A stretch of DNA of 64,000 nt. It comes from Macrostomum lignano. Its lineage: Eukaryota. The translations under genes were made by a program, and so were the position numbers. The stretch is taken from NCBI GenBank assembly GCA_002269645.1, contig NIVC01004015.1, positions 315 through 64,314 on the forward strand, given 5' to 3'. The notes below the pieces were generated by a model. That model was given only the letters and a program-made list of their open reading frames with translations. It was not told the origin of the DNA and did no database searches. Positions 38,472 through 50,939 of the stretch are shown here, in pieces. Within the stretch, counting starts at the first letter, position 1. The number at the start of each line of letters is the position of its first letter.

Positions 38472-40583
38472 TCAGCGAAAGGTAAGCGGACGAACTTCGT
38501 CAATTTTCAGTTGCAGTATCCAGGTTGTCGGAGCGAACTTGCTGCTGCTGGCCAGGTCGATGTTAGCCGCCAGTCGCCAGCCCTTGGAGATCAGAGCGTC
38601 GAGTAGCGCTGCCACAAGTCCCAGGCCTTCGATGGTGACGTCCGGGTTGTCCGCGTGCCACTGCCAGGGCTGGTCAGTGAAGTTGAACCCGATCACCCAG
38701 CCGCTGTTAGACTCGCTGAGCTCGCACTGCTGACTGCGAAACCAGGAGTCGCGAATTTCGTTAGTCAGCTTGTCTTTGAGCTCCTCGGCGGCGCCCATCA
38801 CTAGCAGGTGGCTCGACTCGTGGATGGCCACGCTCAGGTGCGGCTGCACCAGGGTGTTGGAGCAGCGACGCAGTACCATCAGGCTCTTGTCGTATGCGCT
38901 GCGATAGATATCGGCCTGTAATAATGAGCATTCGCTGTAGGTTTCTAGCACTAAATCTCTGCTAATTTTGATGTGTTCCGTCCAAATTCGATTTATATGA
39001 AGGCGACGAACGATCTAAACGAAGACTATGACTTTATTTGCTAGGATTTCTTAATGACCAATTGCGTTTGCCGAAAGCTTGCTACAAGTGTTTCATTTAA
39101 TCCAAACAAATATGCCTTAGCTACTTACATTGAGCACAATAGTCCAGCCCATGCTGCAGATTTCCTTGAGCAGCTCCATTACCAGTTCACAGGCTCTCAC
39201 AGATGTGTCCTGATTCCAGGACTGGATGAACCAGGGCGATGATTTCAACTGAATCCGGCTCATTCGATCAGGGACAACCTCCGAAGACTCGGAGCGCAGA
39301 CACCCTGGGGCCCAGTGCTGACGGCAGATGCTGACGGTCTTGGTGACAACCTCGTCTGGAGCGTCGTACAGACGGATTTGATCGCGCTGATTCAAGCTGA
39401 CAATCATGAGCTCACCGTCGGCGCTGCAGATACATGAAGTTATGCCAGAGGGTTATATGATTTTATCTAGAGGTTTAACGGATTCAGGGTTCAACTACCT
39501 TCAATTTTTTAAGTTTTTGCTTAGTTTTCAAACCTAAGAAAGTCAAGGTTCCGATAATTACGAGTATTACAGTACAAGCAACTCTGCTTCTATTGCCTCA
39601 GGCGCCCGACGGAACAGCCAGCCGACACTGTGCTCTGGATTTCCCTGTTTTTGCTCTTGTGCCGTTCTTAATCAACTTTGTTGCTGATGCGAAACACTTT
39701 ATTAATTTTTCTTTACTGACGGTTGTGAATGTCTGGTCGAACCTTTCATTTCAATAAAAAAATCACTAACCCCTGCGTCGTCTTGAGGAACGTCAGGCAG
39801 TCCATGTTACCCCGAGCGTGTGTCGTGGCCAGGAACTCGTAGCCGTAGTTGGCCAGAATTTGCACCAGGGCGAGCACAATCAACGGGCCCCGTTCGCCGT
39901 TCTCTTTATAGCTGTCCCAGGGCTGACCGTGAAGCTCGGCCGCGAAGCTCCTAGGCTGGTCGATGGCAACAGCACTGCCCTTCGGCCAGATGTCCTTTAG
40001 TTGAGCTGCAATCTCGGAGTTCACACCCTCAGGCGCGTTCACCACAAGAAGGCGGCCCCAGTCTTCAAAAGCGACGGTAAGTAGGTTGCCACCGGCTCCA
40101 CCTTGAATTGCCGTCTCTATGCGGCGCTCTCGATCGTCATCGACAGCATTGAACACCCAGGAGCTGCGACAGGTGCCTTGTAGAAAAATTCCACTGGCAA
40201 CCAGACTGCAACCAGCTTTCAGAAGCGCTGTGAGCAGCTGGTTTACAAGCCTGTAGACGCTCATCAGACGGTCTATGGGTTGCACCTGGCAATTTACATA
40301 AACAGATCTTAGATATACTGTTTTCCTTAACGCTACTGATGAAAATTATTGTTCTCACCTCCGAGTCAAATGGCTCTTTGTCCAGTCGCAGTTCGAAGCC
40401 CAACGAGAACTTCTTTACAGACCGAACTCCCGGCGCCCAGCAGTAATACACGGTGTCGCGCACCAGCTTACCAATATCCGTCGGGGCGTGGATCACCTGT
40501 AAAATGTCCGGCTGCCGAAATCCCACCACGAAACTGCTGGTTGGAAAAGCTCGGCCTTTGATGCGAGAATACTCGTTTCCCAT
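38472..40583 (-). CDS. Uncharacterised four-repeat protein (~492 aa, 4 exons) with an N-myristoylation motif
   Basis: Exons 40583-40359, 40285-39771, 39423-39129 and 38915-38472, with canonical GT-AG sites and compatible phases (0, 2, 0). It starts MGNEYS. There are four ~115-aa repeats with the pattern AP...W..G...L...PW...L...GW. Confidence 0.85.
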
Positions 40584-43097
40584 GTTCAATTTGTGGATTT
40601 GAATCGTACAAAAAAATCGCAATAAAAACGATCAGTTTAATTGTTAAAATGTAGAATTCCAAAGTTTGAATGTAGATTTGGCGAGCTGGCACTGCACAGA
40701 GAGTCAAACTGAGAAGTAGCTTGGCTCAAGAAATCAGTTTAGGACTACTGAACTGCTACCTTTTTATCTGCACCTTCCCGGTTTCCTTAGTTCACCTCCC
40801 CCTGGCTGCCACGCCCTGAATTCTTCTCCAGGCGAGGTCCGCCTCTTTTTCATCGGTCCGATTGCCTGAGCTTTCTGCTTCAGCTCAGGACACACCCCAA
40901 TGAGCTTTAATAAATCCCTATAGCCGCCTCGAGAAAGGTTTTGTTTCGGGTAGGGTCGATGCCGCTTCTAAAAGAGCTGCAACCGATACAGCATAGAAAT
41001 AGCATGGGAGCTAAGAATTTCTTCTTTGTTTTCTGCTTGTCGAAGCATGCAAGCGTACCCTCTCGCCTGCCGGGTGTAGCCACTAGACGTAGAATTTGGT
41101 GTTTTAAGCCGGTCCTAAGCCCGGCTTTTGTCTGCGTCGAGACTAGCCACAATAATACGAATATACTGTATTGCCAGGTAGAAAAGTACTCAAAATTGTC
41201 CGAATAACTCCGTCAGTGCACCATGATCAGCTAACGGGTCCTACCCGATTGCAGATTTCTCTCGATATTGTAGATTTAACTTGGTAGCGATATACGCACT
41301 TATTTATTTTGTGAAGAAAAAGACGTACACAAATCAGTTAATTCATCGCTTGACAAGGTTAAAAGAACTGCAGACGTCTATTTTCTCTATTGCACTATTA
41401 CCCACATGCGTAGAACGTATCTTTGGTTTATGAAACTTTTTCAGTTGAGCTTTCGAACTTTGTCCTATCTTGAAAAATAACGAAAATTAGGGTCACGAAC
41501 CCGGTTTGACGCAATTAGAAAGCTAAACTTTTAGAGATTTTGCGGGGGTTCGGGTTGTGCTTTTTAACTGCCGCTTTTTAGGTGAATAACCAATGCGGAA
41601 AGCCGTTTTTGCCGAGCCAAACTGGCTCTCCATAGATATTTTTCTAGTCAAGTGAATTGCGCAACGAGAATAAACTGGGCAAAGCAATTAGGGCTGGAAA
41701 GAGGTGACAAGGACTGTGCAGTCGAAGCTCTGCGGAATTCCTGGGCCAGCTGTTGCTAAAGACTCTCACAAGCAGGTCTGTGGGATATCCAGCATTCTTC
41801 ATTTCTTCTTCGAGCTACTGGTATTAGGCAGTGAATTGCCGGGCAAAGAATATGGCCGCGATAAAAATTTACGTGACAAGCTTCGGATTTTTCTGTCGGG
41901 TTACCCATACACATGGCTTGTTACTAGCTCGGTCCAGTTTTAGTACCGCGCTTTTCGACAAAAAGAGACCATATTTTGCAATAAGCAGCCCGAGTAACCT
42001 GAAACGGGAAGGAATGGCTTCTTTAAGCTTTCCCACTTGCAGCCAGATATCTACCAGACTTATTACCGACATAACCGATGAAAAATGTTGCCCTTGTAGC
42101 TAAACCGAGATATATCCTACAGTAGAGCAACTCTAACTACATGCATTCGGTTTGTTCCACATTCGACGAAATCTCGCAATTCATCAAGGAATTTTTCTTG
42201 CGCAGTGATAGTTATGAGATACAGTAGCAGTAGTTTTACAACCAGCACATCGTTAGGGCACCATTAATTTAGAATTAATTTCCTTTTCGTAGGCCGTATT
42301 ATATAGCCGCTTCTAACACGCACCTAGCTTTATATGTATGGGCTACAGCATGCACAAATTCCAATCTGTGGCCTGCAAGTCGAAGGAAAATCCGCGCATA
42401 TCTCTCCACGCGGCAGAATATTTTTTCTTTCCCTCAAAGATAGAAACGGCAGCAAGGCCTGCACCTGATGCTGAAACTGACCCAGGCCTGCGACGGCACC
42501 CCTACTGGGGGGGGGGGTAACACGCGGACGAGTTGCTGGTTCAATACAATGGGAGGCTGCTAGGCTGTTCAGTCCGCAGCCAGTTTGACCTCCTCTGTCC
42601 AGTTCTAAGACGGCGGGCGCCGCAAGATGAAGTGTCTGCGTGGGAAACCAAGGCAGCCTAAGGTCGGCCGGCAATACGAGATCCTGCATCCTAAGAAAGA
42701 AGGCCTTTCAAAGCGGAAGCGCATAAGGAACCAGCAAGCCTGATGTTCTGCACAAAACCGTTTCTAACTCTGCCCAATTAAGCTTGTGATCCTGCTGGCC
42801 TTTTGCATTCGCGCGAAGGCCTGCTGGAGCTAAATCAAAGGCACAAGAAAGTTATTGGTCCTTCAGCTGCAGCCAACAGTTTCCGCTTGGAGAGAGAAAA
42901 GTGCAACGAGCGGCGGTTTGCCCGTCGTCACTTCCAACCCAAGAGATATCTATTCCACTCGATTGAATATTGGCAAACCGCTGATATCCCATCAAAACTT
43001 CATCCCCTGGTCTTACCTCATATTATAAGACGGGCCGGTTGATATTTGGCCGATGAATGAGAAAGAAATGACCAAGCCCAGCTTCCTTACAGGAGCG

Positions 43098-44417
43098 ATG
43101 AAGCCCACTGACTGGCTACTACCAATTGCGTTAGTCTGGCTAGTGCGGTTTTCCACTGCGCTTACAGACACAGCGATCAACTTTACAATTCCATTCGAGA
43201 CCTCAACAGCTCCGCCAAAGGACAGCATTTGCATCTGCAGTATCAATGTGTCTCAAGGTCGTCGCTGCCTGGACTGCCGACAATATCAACTCGACTCACC
43301 GGACCTTGTGTTTCTGAGCTCTCGCAACATCTTGCTGAGGGCTCCGGTATGCAGTGGAGTCACCAGCATTAGAGCTGAACAGCCGGTGCGAATTCATCAG
43401 CTCCGCCCAGGTCGCCTGTTGCAGATGACGGGCCTGATCAGCATCCGGTTGCGCCAAGTTGACTTGAGATTCAGCTTTCATCCGGACGCATTGAGAGGGC
43501 TCAAGAATCTTACTGACCTGGAGATAATTGGGCCGCACAGCCTTGACAGGCTGGAGGCGCACAGTTTTCAGCACACTCCCAGACTTAGGCGATTGGTGCT
43601 CAGAGACAACGGCATTAAGTACATCGATCGCTTTGCTTTCTGTGAGGCGGAGAATTTAGAGTACTTGGACCTGAGCAGGAATCGAATAGTTGCGTATTCG
43701 TGCGACTGGTTCCCGGGCCTGTCTGCTCTGAAGTTTCTTAACGTCACTCTGCTCACTGGCACAGAGGTATTTGCTAGCGTGGGGACTAAGCCACCAAGTT
43801 GCCTGTTCTGCCCGTTGACGGGTCTGGCAATATTGTCTTTTAATGATATAAACTACGCCGGACCAAGCATTCAGCTGCTGAGGCATGCAATTATTAAGCA
43901 CTACCGCTTGCAGTTGCTTGAGCCGCTGTTGTACAATGTTACTGGCTTGCGAGATCCTCAAACTTGCGGAGGCCTCGACGGAGAAGCGGCCATCGCCTGG
44001 CAGCAGTGCCAAAGATGGCGTGACGGCAAACCTGTGGTGGCCCAGTACGTGACTATGGGGCCGAGCACAGCTGCCGTTAGCAGCACCACTAGCCCAGCAG
44101 AGGAAGTCTCCGACTCGAACGGTGTGATTCAAAGCCCGAACGAATACTTCAACAACAGCTCATCTCGACAAATTCCTGACACGAGTTCCGGCGATGGGCT
44201 TCAAGTGTTTTTAAGCAGTCAATTGTTTCTCGTGGTGCTTGTCGTGTGCATCGTCCTTGTGGCCTTGTCGTTGATCATCTGCTGCATAGCCTGCTGCTTT
44301 GCCCGATCGCGCAGACACCGCGGCGCTCGCTACAGTGTCAAAGCTGCCAACGAAGCCGCCGCTGCCGCCGCTGCAGCTGGCAACCGGAAAGCCGCAAATG
44401 GTAAAGCAAATGCTTGA
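43098..44417 (+). CDS. Single-exon leucine-rich-repeat type I membrane protein
   Basis: Signal peptide MKPTDWLLPIALVWLVRFSTALT; N-cap cysteines (CICS...C..C...C); LRRs LKNLTDLEIIG, LRRLVLRDNGI, LEYLDLSRNRI, LKFLNVT; Ser/Thr stalk; TM LFLVVLVVCIVLVALSLIICCIACCF; short basic tail. An upstream in-frame ATG at 43053 is possible. Confidence 0.9.
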   Translation: MKPTDWLLPIALVWLVRFSTALTDTAINFTIPFETSTAPPKDSICICSINVSQGRRCLDCRQYQLDSPDLVFLSSRNILLRAPVCSGVTSIRAEQPVRIHQLRPGRLLQMTGLISIRLRQVDLRFSFHPDALRGLKNLTDLEIIGPHSLDRLEAHSFQHTPRLRRLVLRDNGIKYIDRFAFCEAENLEYLDLSRNRIVAYSCDWFPGLSALKFLNVTLLTGTEVFASVGTKPPSCLFCPLTGLAILSFNDINYAGPSIQLLRHAIIKHYRLQLLEPLLYNVTGLRDPQTCGGLDGEAAIAWQQCQRWRDGKPVVAQYVTMGPSTAAVSSTTSPAEEVSDSNGVIQSPNEYFNNSSSRQIPDTSSGDGLQVFLSSQLFLVVLVVCIVLVALSLIICCIACCFARSRRHRGARYSVKAANEAAAAAAAAGNRKAANGKANA

Positions 44418-46204
44418 TTTTTGTTCCCTGGGCAAACTTTTGACTAAGGATTTCATCCTTTACTTTGCTACTAGTTAAGTGTTTTTTCTTTATGAAGTAC
44501 GAGTATATTCAAACAAAAAGTTATTGTGCGATGTTGGTGATTGCAGTTGCTCAACGTAATTTTTCATGATATTTCGTTGAGCCAACTACCGATTGGCTAC
44601 TGAGTATAAGCAGCTGTACGCCTGCAGGTTGCAATTTGTGTTCTTTCCTAAGTTTTATTCTAGACATATTTGCTTCATCATTTTGTACGGCTCATTAGCA
44701 TATTTTGAGAAGTTACGAGCAGTTGGGACAGGTTTTAGCTGGAAGCCATTACTGTTTGGCTGTCTCTGCAAATTAATGTCTTAGTTAGACTACTGTTTGT
44801 GTTTTCGTGAGACGCCTGATAAGCGTTATTGTGGTGTTAGAAAATCCTGAAGCTGGAATCTCCGATTGAATATTCAGTCTATGCGCTAACTTCACTTCTG
44901 ATCCATGCTCTACCGAGAGAGTGACTTTGCAAGCCCGCTTACCCCAAAAACTATTTTGACGTTTTCTCATTAAATCTGTGGTCCACACTGAAGCGTTTTC
45001 AAGTTTTAATTTTACTTTTTCTTGCCCGCTTTTCTCCTGACTGCAGACAGTCATTGTTTTAAATTTAGAAGAACAGAGCAAGTTCCAGACAGTCCTACAG
45101 CCTGGCTAGAAGTTCGCGAACCAAAGGAATGCATAAAAAGCCTCATAGTTAAGCCGCTGTTTTACTGACAAGAAGCAAAGCAGGCAAAATATAGGAGTGA
45201 AATTCTATCAGCCAAAGGCGTTGACGAACAGCTGGGGATCCCAGCTTAGCTGGTAAGAAGGCTTGTGATGCCAGGCTGGATTTTATTCCCTTTTCACTTT
45301 AAGTTAAACTCTTGTCATTTCATTGACGGAGACTTACCTGACGTAACTCTTTCTAATGAATTTAAATGTTTTTAAGTGTACATTGTCGTCTAATTTTGAT
45401 TGCTGAGTGCTTAAACTAGCTTAAGTTGTTTTGAATTTTAACCCGAATGTACAAATGTTCATTCAGTGAATTTTTAGGCTAGCATGCAGACAGTGAGTTC
45501 CAAAGTTTCATTTTAACATTCGTAACATTAGTGCGTGTTATTCTTGAGCAACTATTAGCCAGCATCAATTTCCGCGACTAACATCAGAGGTAATAATCAA
45601 TAATACTACTGAAAGTACCCTGCAAAATGCTAATGTTTATTGTGAAAGCAAAATTGTATAAATAATATAGTTTCGATTATACTAAAAATTCAAACAAACA
45701 GAACGTTGTAAAGAAACTTTTAAGTTAAAATCATTGGATGGATTGTACAAAACAGCTGAATAAAACTTACATGAAAGTAAAAGTTTCACAAACTCTGATG
45801 GTTATCAATCATGCAAGCGTGCACTTTACAAGAAGCGGTAAATATCTCACGGAACCATCTGACCGGAAAAACAACTGTCGCTTTGCGCTGTGTTGCTACG
45901 GTGACAAAAATACTGCTGTAATCAAATGGCTGCCATAAAAGTACAGAAAAATTACATCTTCAATACGTAACTCTATTTAATGTGCAAACTTGGTCTGTCA
46001 ATACACTAAAACTTCATTCGGGGCTTAACTATAGCGAGGCGAAGAAAGATAAGAAACGGGGCCACAAGGAGGTACTAAAGGCAAATACAGATAAGGCTGC
46101 TCTATAAGTAGAAAAATCTACGCAAACGTCGTAAGTCTTCGATCCTCCCTGAGTGCGACGATATTCTCTAATTATTCAGATTTATTAAAAAAAACTCGAA
46201 CCAG

Positions 46205-47661
46205 ATGACGCTCGAGCGCTACTGGAATGACACCTACCTCGACACCCTGTTAGATCTGCGCATAGATTGTCTGCAGCAACCGCATGGTGCAACATGTGCA
46301 ACTGCAACAGCTCTCGGCCTTTTAGCTAGCGTTGCAGTGCCAATCATTGTGGCTGTAGGCTGCTTCGGAAATCTAATCACGGCGCATATACTGCTAATCC
46401 GAATGCGTACTAAACGGTTAGCTGCAGGTCGCCAGTTCCGTGTCAGAGGCTTCACTAGGCAGCACATGTATCTTGGCTGGATATCACTGTCCGATGTGGG
46501 AAATCTCGTCAGCTGGGGCATTGCTTGGCAGTTTCTAGCCAGAGGACTGCCCTGGATCAGCGGCGGAACGGTTGGCTACATCTTGCCAAACGTGTCAGAC
46601 GCGGCTTGTCGCTCGTTCCGGTTTGTTCACAATTTCTTTCACACTCTGTCAGCTAATTGGTTTCTGTTGATGACGGTTGACCGGCTCGCCGCGTTGTACC
46701 TGCCGTTGCGAGCTCGTTCGCTAACTACCCGAGATGCAGGACGAGCTTTATTGGTAGCAGCTGCAACCACTCTGGCCATGGTGTGTCCCGTCCCAGTCTT
46801 CATCGGCTGGCACTACTGGAAGGGTCGAATCGCATGCCTGGCGGTGCCATCATTCGGTCGAGCTGTGCAGGTGTGAGCTGTTTCTTTTGCTACTTATAGT
46901 AGAAACAGTATTCTCGCTAACCAAAATGTGGGTAAAAATCCGAGCAATACCATAGTACGAGCTATTTCATTAATTGATTACTAGTCGAGTTCATCTCTGA
47001 TCAGTGCCGTAGACCTATTCCAGAGACTTTTCAAAAGACTATTCCTGCTGCTTTCTCCCGTTGGCAGGTGTGGACAATAATTAGCAACGCTCTATTTATG
47101 CTGCCGCCAACTGTTCAGTTGCTGCTTATCGCTGTGCTGAACCTGCTGCTTCTAGCGCGGATAAGACATCGAATTCGTCGTGCAGTAGACCCCGATGCTC
47201 GACCAACAGACGCGTCATTGACGACAAAAACTAGAATTGCCCCACTCGCCCCAACTTTGCAAGTAATTCTCCTGTCAGCCATATTCCTCGCATCGAGTTT
47301 GCCAACCTGTGTAGTTGCCATGATGGTATTGCATAGAACAGTGTTCGCAAACGACGGTAACGCTCAGATGCTCCGTTCGGTGCTCAACATTGGCGACATC
47401 GGCCAGATTCTACTGTTGGCTAACCAGGCGGCCAACTGGCTTGTTTTGGTCTGGAAAGATCACCGATTTCGGGGTCATCTGTTGGAAATGTTTGGCCGAT
47501 ACAATCGGTCTCAAGTTAGCGTTGCAATCGGTCTAGGCGTTGCAGAGAATTGCAACCTCAGAGGATGCAGCAGTTCGGCTGCTGGAGTTGGCTCAATCTG
47601 GAATAGGCAAACCCGAGTCATAGTTAGAAAAGTTGCTTCCTCAACGGATTTCCGTTCTTAA
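46205..47661 (+). CDS. Class A (rhodopsin-like) GPCR, peptide-receptor-like, 2 exons (~419 aa)
   Basis: Exons 46205-46870 (CAG|GTGTGA) and 47068-47661 (ggcag|GTG). TM1 GCFGN, TM2 ISLSD, TM3 MTVDRL, TM6 LP, TM7 NQAANW. Confidence 0.9.
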
Positions 47662-48925
47662 TGTTGAGTATCGACTACTTGAAATGCGACGAAAGCTAAA
47701 TACGTATCGTTGTCAGATCGATAAGGTTTAATATAAGCCAGCTAAATATTTTTCTTCAATCTACTATCGCCAGTGCGTACTGTCACAAGCGGACTCTGAG
47801 CTCAATGTGCTATCAATCTCAGTTTTGGCTCCACAAGATAAGCAAGTCTTAAAGACCCGTCCATTTGTAGCAAATGAAGGCTACAAAGGCTCTTTTTCAC
47901 CGTAATCAATTACAAGCCATCAAATCACACAGCAGAAGAGTATGACTTCGATTGAGGGATGGCGTAGTAGTTGCTAATGTACATTCTGTTTGGTAACTAT
48001 GGAATCTCGAGTAAATAGAGAATGGTCTGTTTTCGGTTTTGTATATACATTTTGTACAGTTATAGTTTGGAATCGATCAGTACGGAAAGAAGAACAGATG
48101 GTTTTTTACTTTAAGTACAGTATGGTAAGCTTGTTACATTATGTGCCTGTTGACATAGCTGAATAAAAACTGATATCAATCAATATCGCGCGTATCGTCA
48201 GAAAGTAAAAATATATATCCTTGAAGATCGAGTTACGGATTTATTGAATATTTAAACGCCGGCGAACTCAAATCGTAAAATAAATATTTGATTTACGGCG
48301 TTCTACTAACCAACGCAGAGCAAATTTATGCTATATAGTTAGCGAACTCGCTTTGAAATTTTTTCTCAAGCAACTTTAGATCAGTGATTGCTTTGTTTTA
48401 CTAGGCTAAAAGCTTTTAAGAAGCTCAGCCTTTATTTAGGGTTCCAGGACATTTCGTCAACTGGTATTTTGTCAACCAGACATTACAGCAACCGGACATT
48501 TGGCTCAAGCCAAAATTATTCGTCCGTCATGTTAGCCGTTAACGTTAACATATTTAAGTTTAAGTTCTTATTTTATGTGTTATCATAGAAAATATTGAAA
48601 CCATGTGCATGGTGTTCAGGTACCATGCATGGTACGAGTATTGCGACACCATTGAGGAAAATTTACTTCCAAGAAGTGTTAAACAAATTTGAAATCGCAT
48701 TACCTACTTCTCAAATTCTCTGGCTGGTGCTTAGAACTGGCTTAGTGGCTCCAGAAAGTAAATAAGAAAAAACTCACATTTTACGACAGAACTAATTCAA
48801 TAAAAACTCTACGAACTGTCTATGGCGAGATCGTGTTTAGGAGCAATCGCTTGTGTAAATTCTAATGAAACAAACAACCAATAGGACAGGTTCAATATGA
48901 ACTTCAATAACAAGTTGGCTAATCA

Positions 48926-49689
48926 TCTATATATCATTCTTCTATATATCTAAATCTAAGCTGTCTCTGTCTGTCTGTCTGTCTGTCTGTGCGATAGATA
49001 ATAGAAAAAAATGGCTTAACTGATTTCCACCAAACTTGCACCATTCGATCAGAAATTTCTCCATGACGGTACATGGGTCGTGGCTAAGAAATTGCTCAAT
49101 GCTAAAGGGATTAAATATTCGAAAAACTGTATTTTCCCTATCTAATTAGTGAATTTTTCTTGCAGTGAGAGCTCAATACGTCTATGGCCATAGACTAAAC
49201 TTCAATTCTTGAGCTGATGCTATGAGTTTTAGATAACTATACATAGCTTATTAAATTGTAAAATTTATGAATATCTTTGTCTTCAACTTGAATTGTTTGA
49301 ATCCGGAACTGATTGTTTGAATTAAAGTCGGGGGTTACTAAAGTGCATAATCACTTGAACAGAAATGCCTCAACGACATTGTGCTAGGTTTAAGAGGCAA
49401 TTGCTGAGATGTCAAGGCTTAATGGGGAATTGCTAAGATGTCAAGGCTTATGGGGCATTGCTGGGATGTCAAGGCTTATGGGGAATTTCTAAGATGTCAA
49501 GGCTTGTGGGATTGTTGAGATGTCAAGGCTTACTGGGAGCATTGCTAAGATGTTATTGTCAAGGCTTACAGCTGGTGGAGTCGCTGAGATGCCAAGGCTT
49601 ACTGGAAGCATCGCATGGGTCTATTCTTTAATATATTAGCAATATTTTCATTTTCCTTTTTGCACTCCCCGAACGGGCTGGATTGCTAG
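48926..49689 (+). mobile_element. Non-autonomous Helitron-like element (764 bp) with an internal minisatellite
   Basis: 5' A|TCTATATATC followed by (CTGT)n. 3' hairpin CCCGAACGGG about 9 nt before CTAG|T. It sits between A and T with no TSD. Internal ~30-bp tandem units (GAGATGTCAAGGCTTA) at about 49404-49600. Confidence 0.72.
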
Positions 49690-50939
49690 TCTATAGCTAA
49701 ATCACCTATTGAATCGGTTAATATGAAGACAGGAAGAAGATAAAAAACTAGCAAACTATCAATTGAATTTCGAAAATTTCAAGAGAAGCCCTTCAGGATA
49801 CTCGAATGTTTCTCAGTGCCTTCATACTCCCATTATTGTACGTAGTTTCATTATTCTCAAAGCAATCGGCAACAGAGCTGGGTTGATTTAGTTCAAACTA
49901 TTCCAACAGAATGACACAATTACTTCCTCCTATTTACTTTCAATTGCTATGTTATTGTACTCCCTTAATCTATTGATAAATTGCTTTCAGGACAGAATTT
50001 TTCACTGTATCCAAAACCCCTATTAACTCTATCTGTATTATCTCGAAAAATCGGTAAAAATGAGGTCAACACACTTAAATAATCAGAAAAACATCAGCCT
50101 TCGGCTTCAGCTTCAGCATCAGTGATTTTCTGTTATCACCGAAATTAACAAGCAGGTGTAGGAGTCAATCTTTATCTTCGTGTCGTTTTTGTTGGTAGAT
50201 AAAACACATTGTAACAATTGATCCTAATGGGCAAGCTAGTAGACACAAAAAACTGAATAAAGTACATGCAAAAGCCTTTTATAAACGCTGGCTTTGGGTA
50301 ATGTTTATTCTACCAGACTACAGTGTGCCACAAATCAATAATACAAGCTATGTTAAATTTGCTGACAATGGAATGCATGTACGAGCGATATATGCTGATG
50401 TGTGCGAAAAAGCTATTGTTAAAAGAAAGTGTGGAAATATTATCATTGGAAAAAATAATTTACGTCGAAAAGGTGCACTGTGACTATTTAATCAAGTAAA
50501 TACTTGTATTACCATTAAGTAGCGACCTAATTTTCTACAGTGCGAAATTATCGTTTAAATTTTAATTTAACGAAATCAGCGATTTCAGTAACGATTGTTT
50601 TGAGGAAAACAACTCCGACACATCTACCTGTAGCTACGAATAAGTTTAGTTATTCCGAAGTCTAAATATAATGGTCAGGATAAATATGTTATAAGTTTCG
50701 CATTTTTCATTTTCGCAATCACGCAGATGCAATATGTAAGTGTGTGACGACGTAAGTCTAAGTTCAGTGGCGCAACCTGGGGCGCTCTCGGCAGACCCTC
50801 GATCTTCACCGAATTTCTGGAGCCGCAATTGCTTATCTGTTTACGTTGGATTACTTCCGATCTTCTTGTAATTACTTCTTTTTTCAGTGATAGTTGACAG
50901 TCTTTGCAGGCTTACAGAGCGTGTCATGGACCGCCATGA

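Noticed and set aside
40271-40278. GTCTATGG octamer inside exon 2 of the four-repeat gene
   Set aside because: It lies in an intact reading frame without a partner motif, so it is probably one of the few chance occurrences. It is included in the raw count but not interpreted.
41700-42760. Possible retroelement scraps (MKNAGYPTDLL at ~41.8 kb; RPPS*NWTEEVK at ~42.6 kb)
   Set aside because: The motifs are too short and broken to support a call without a profile search.
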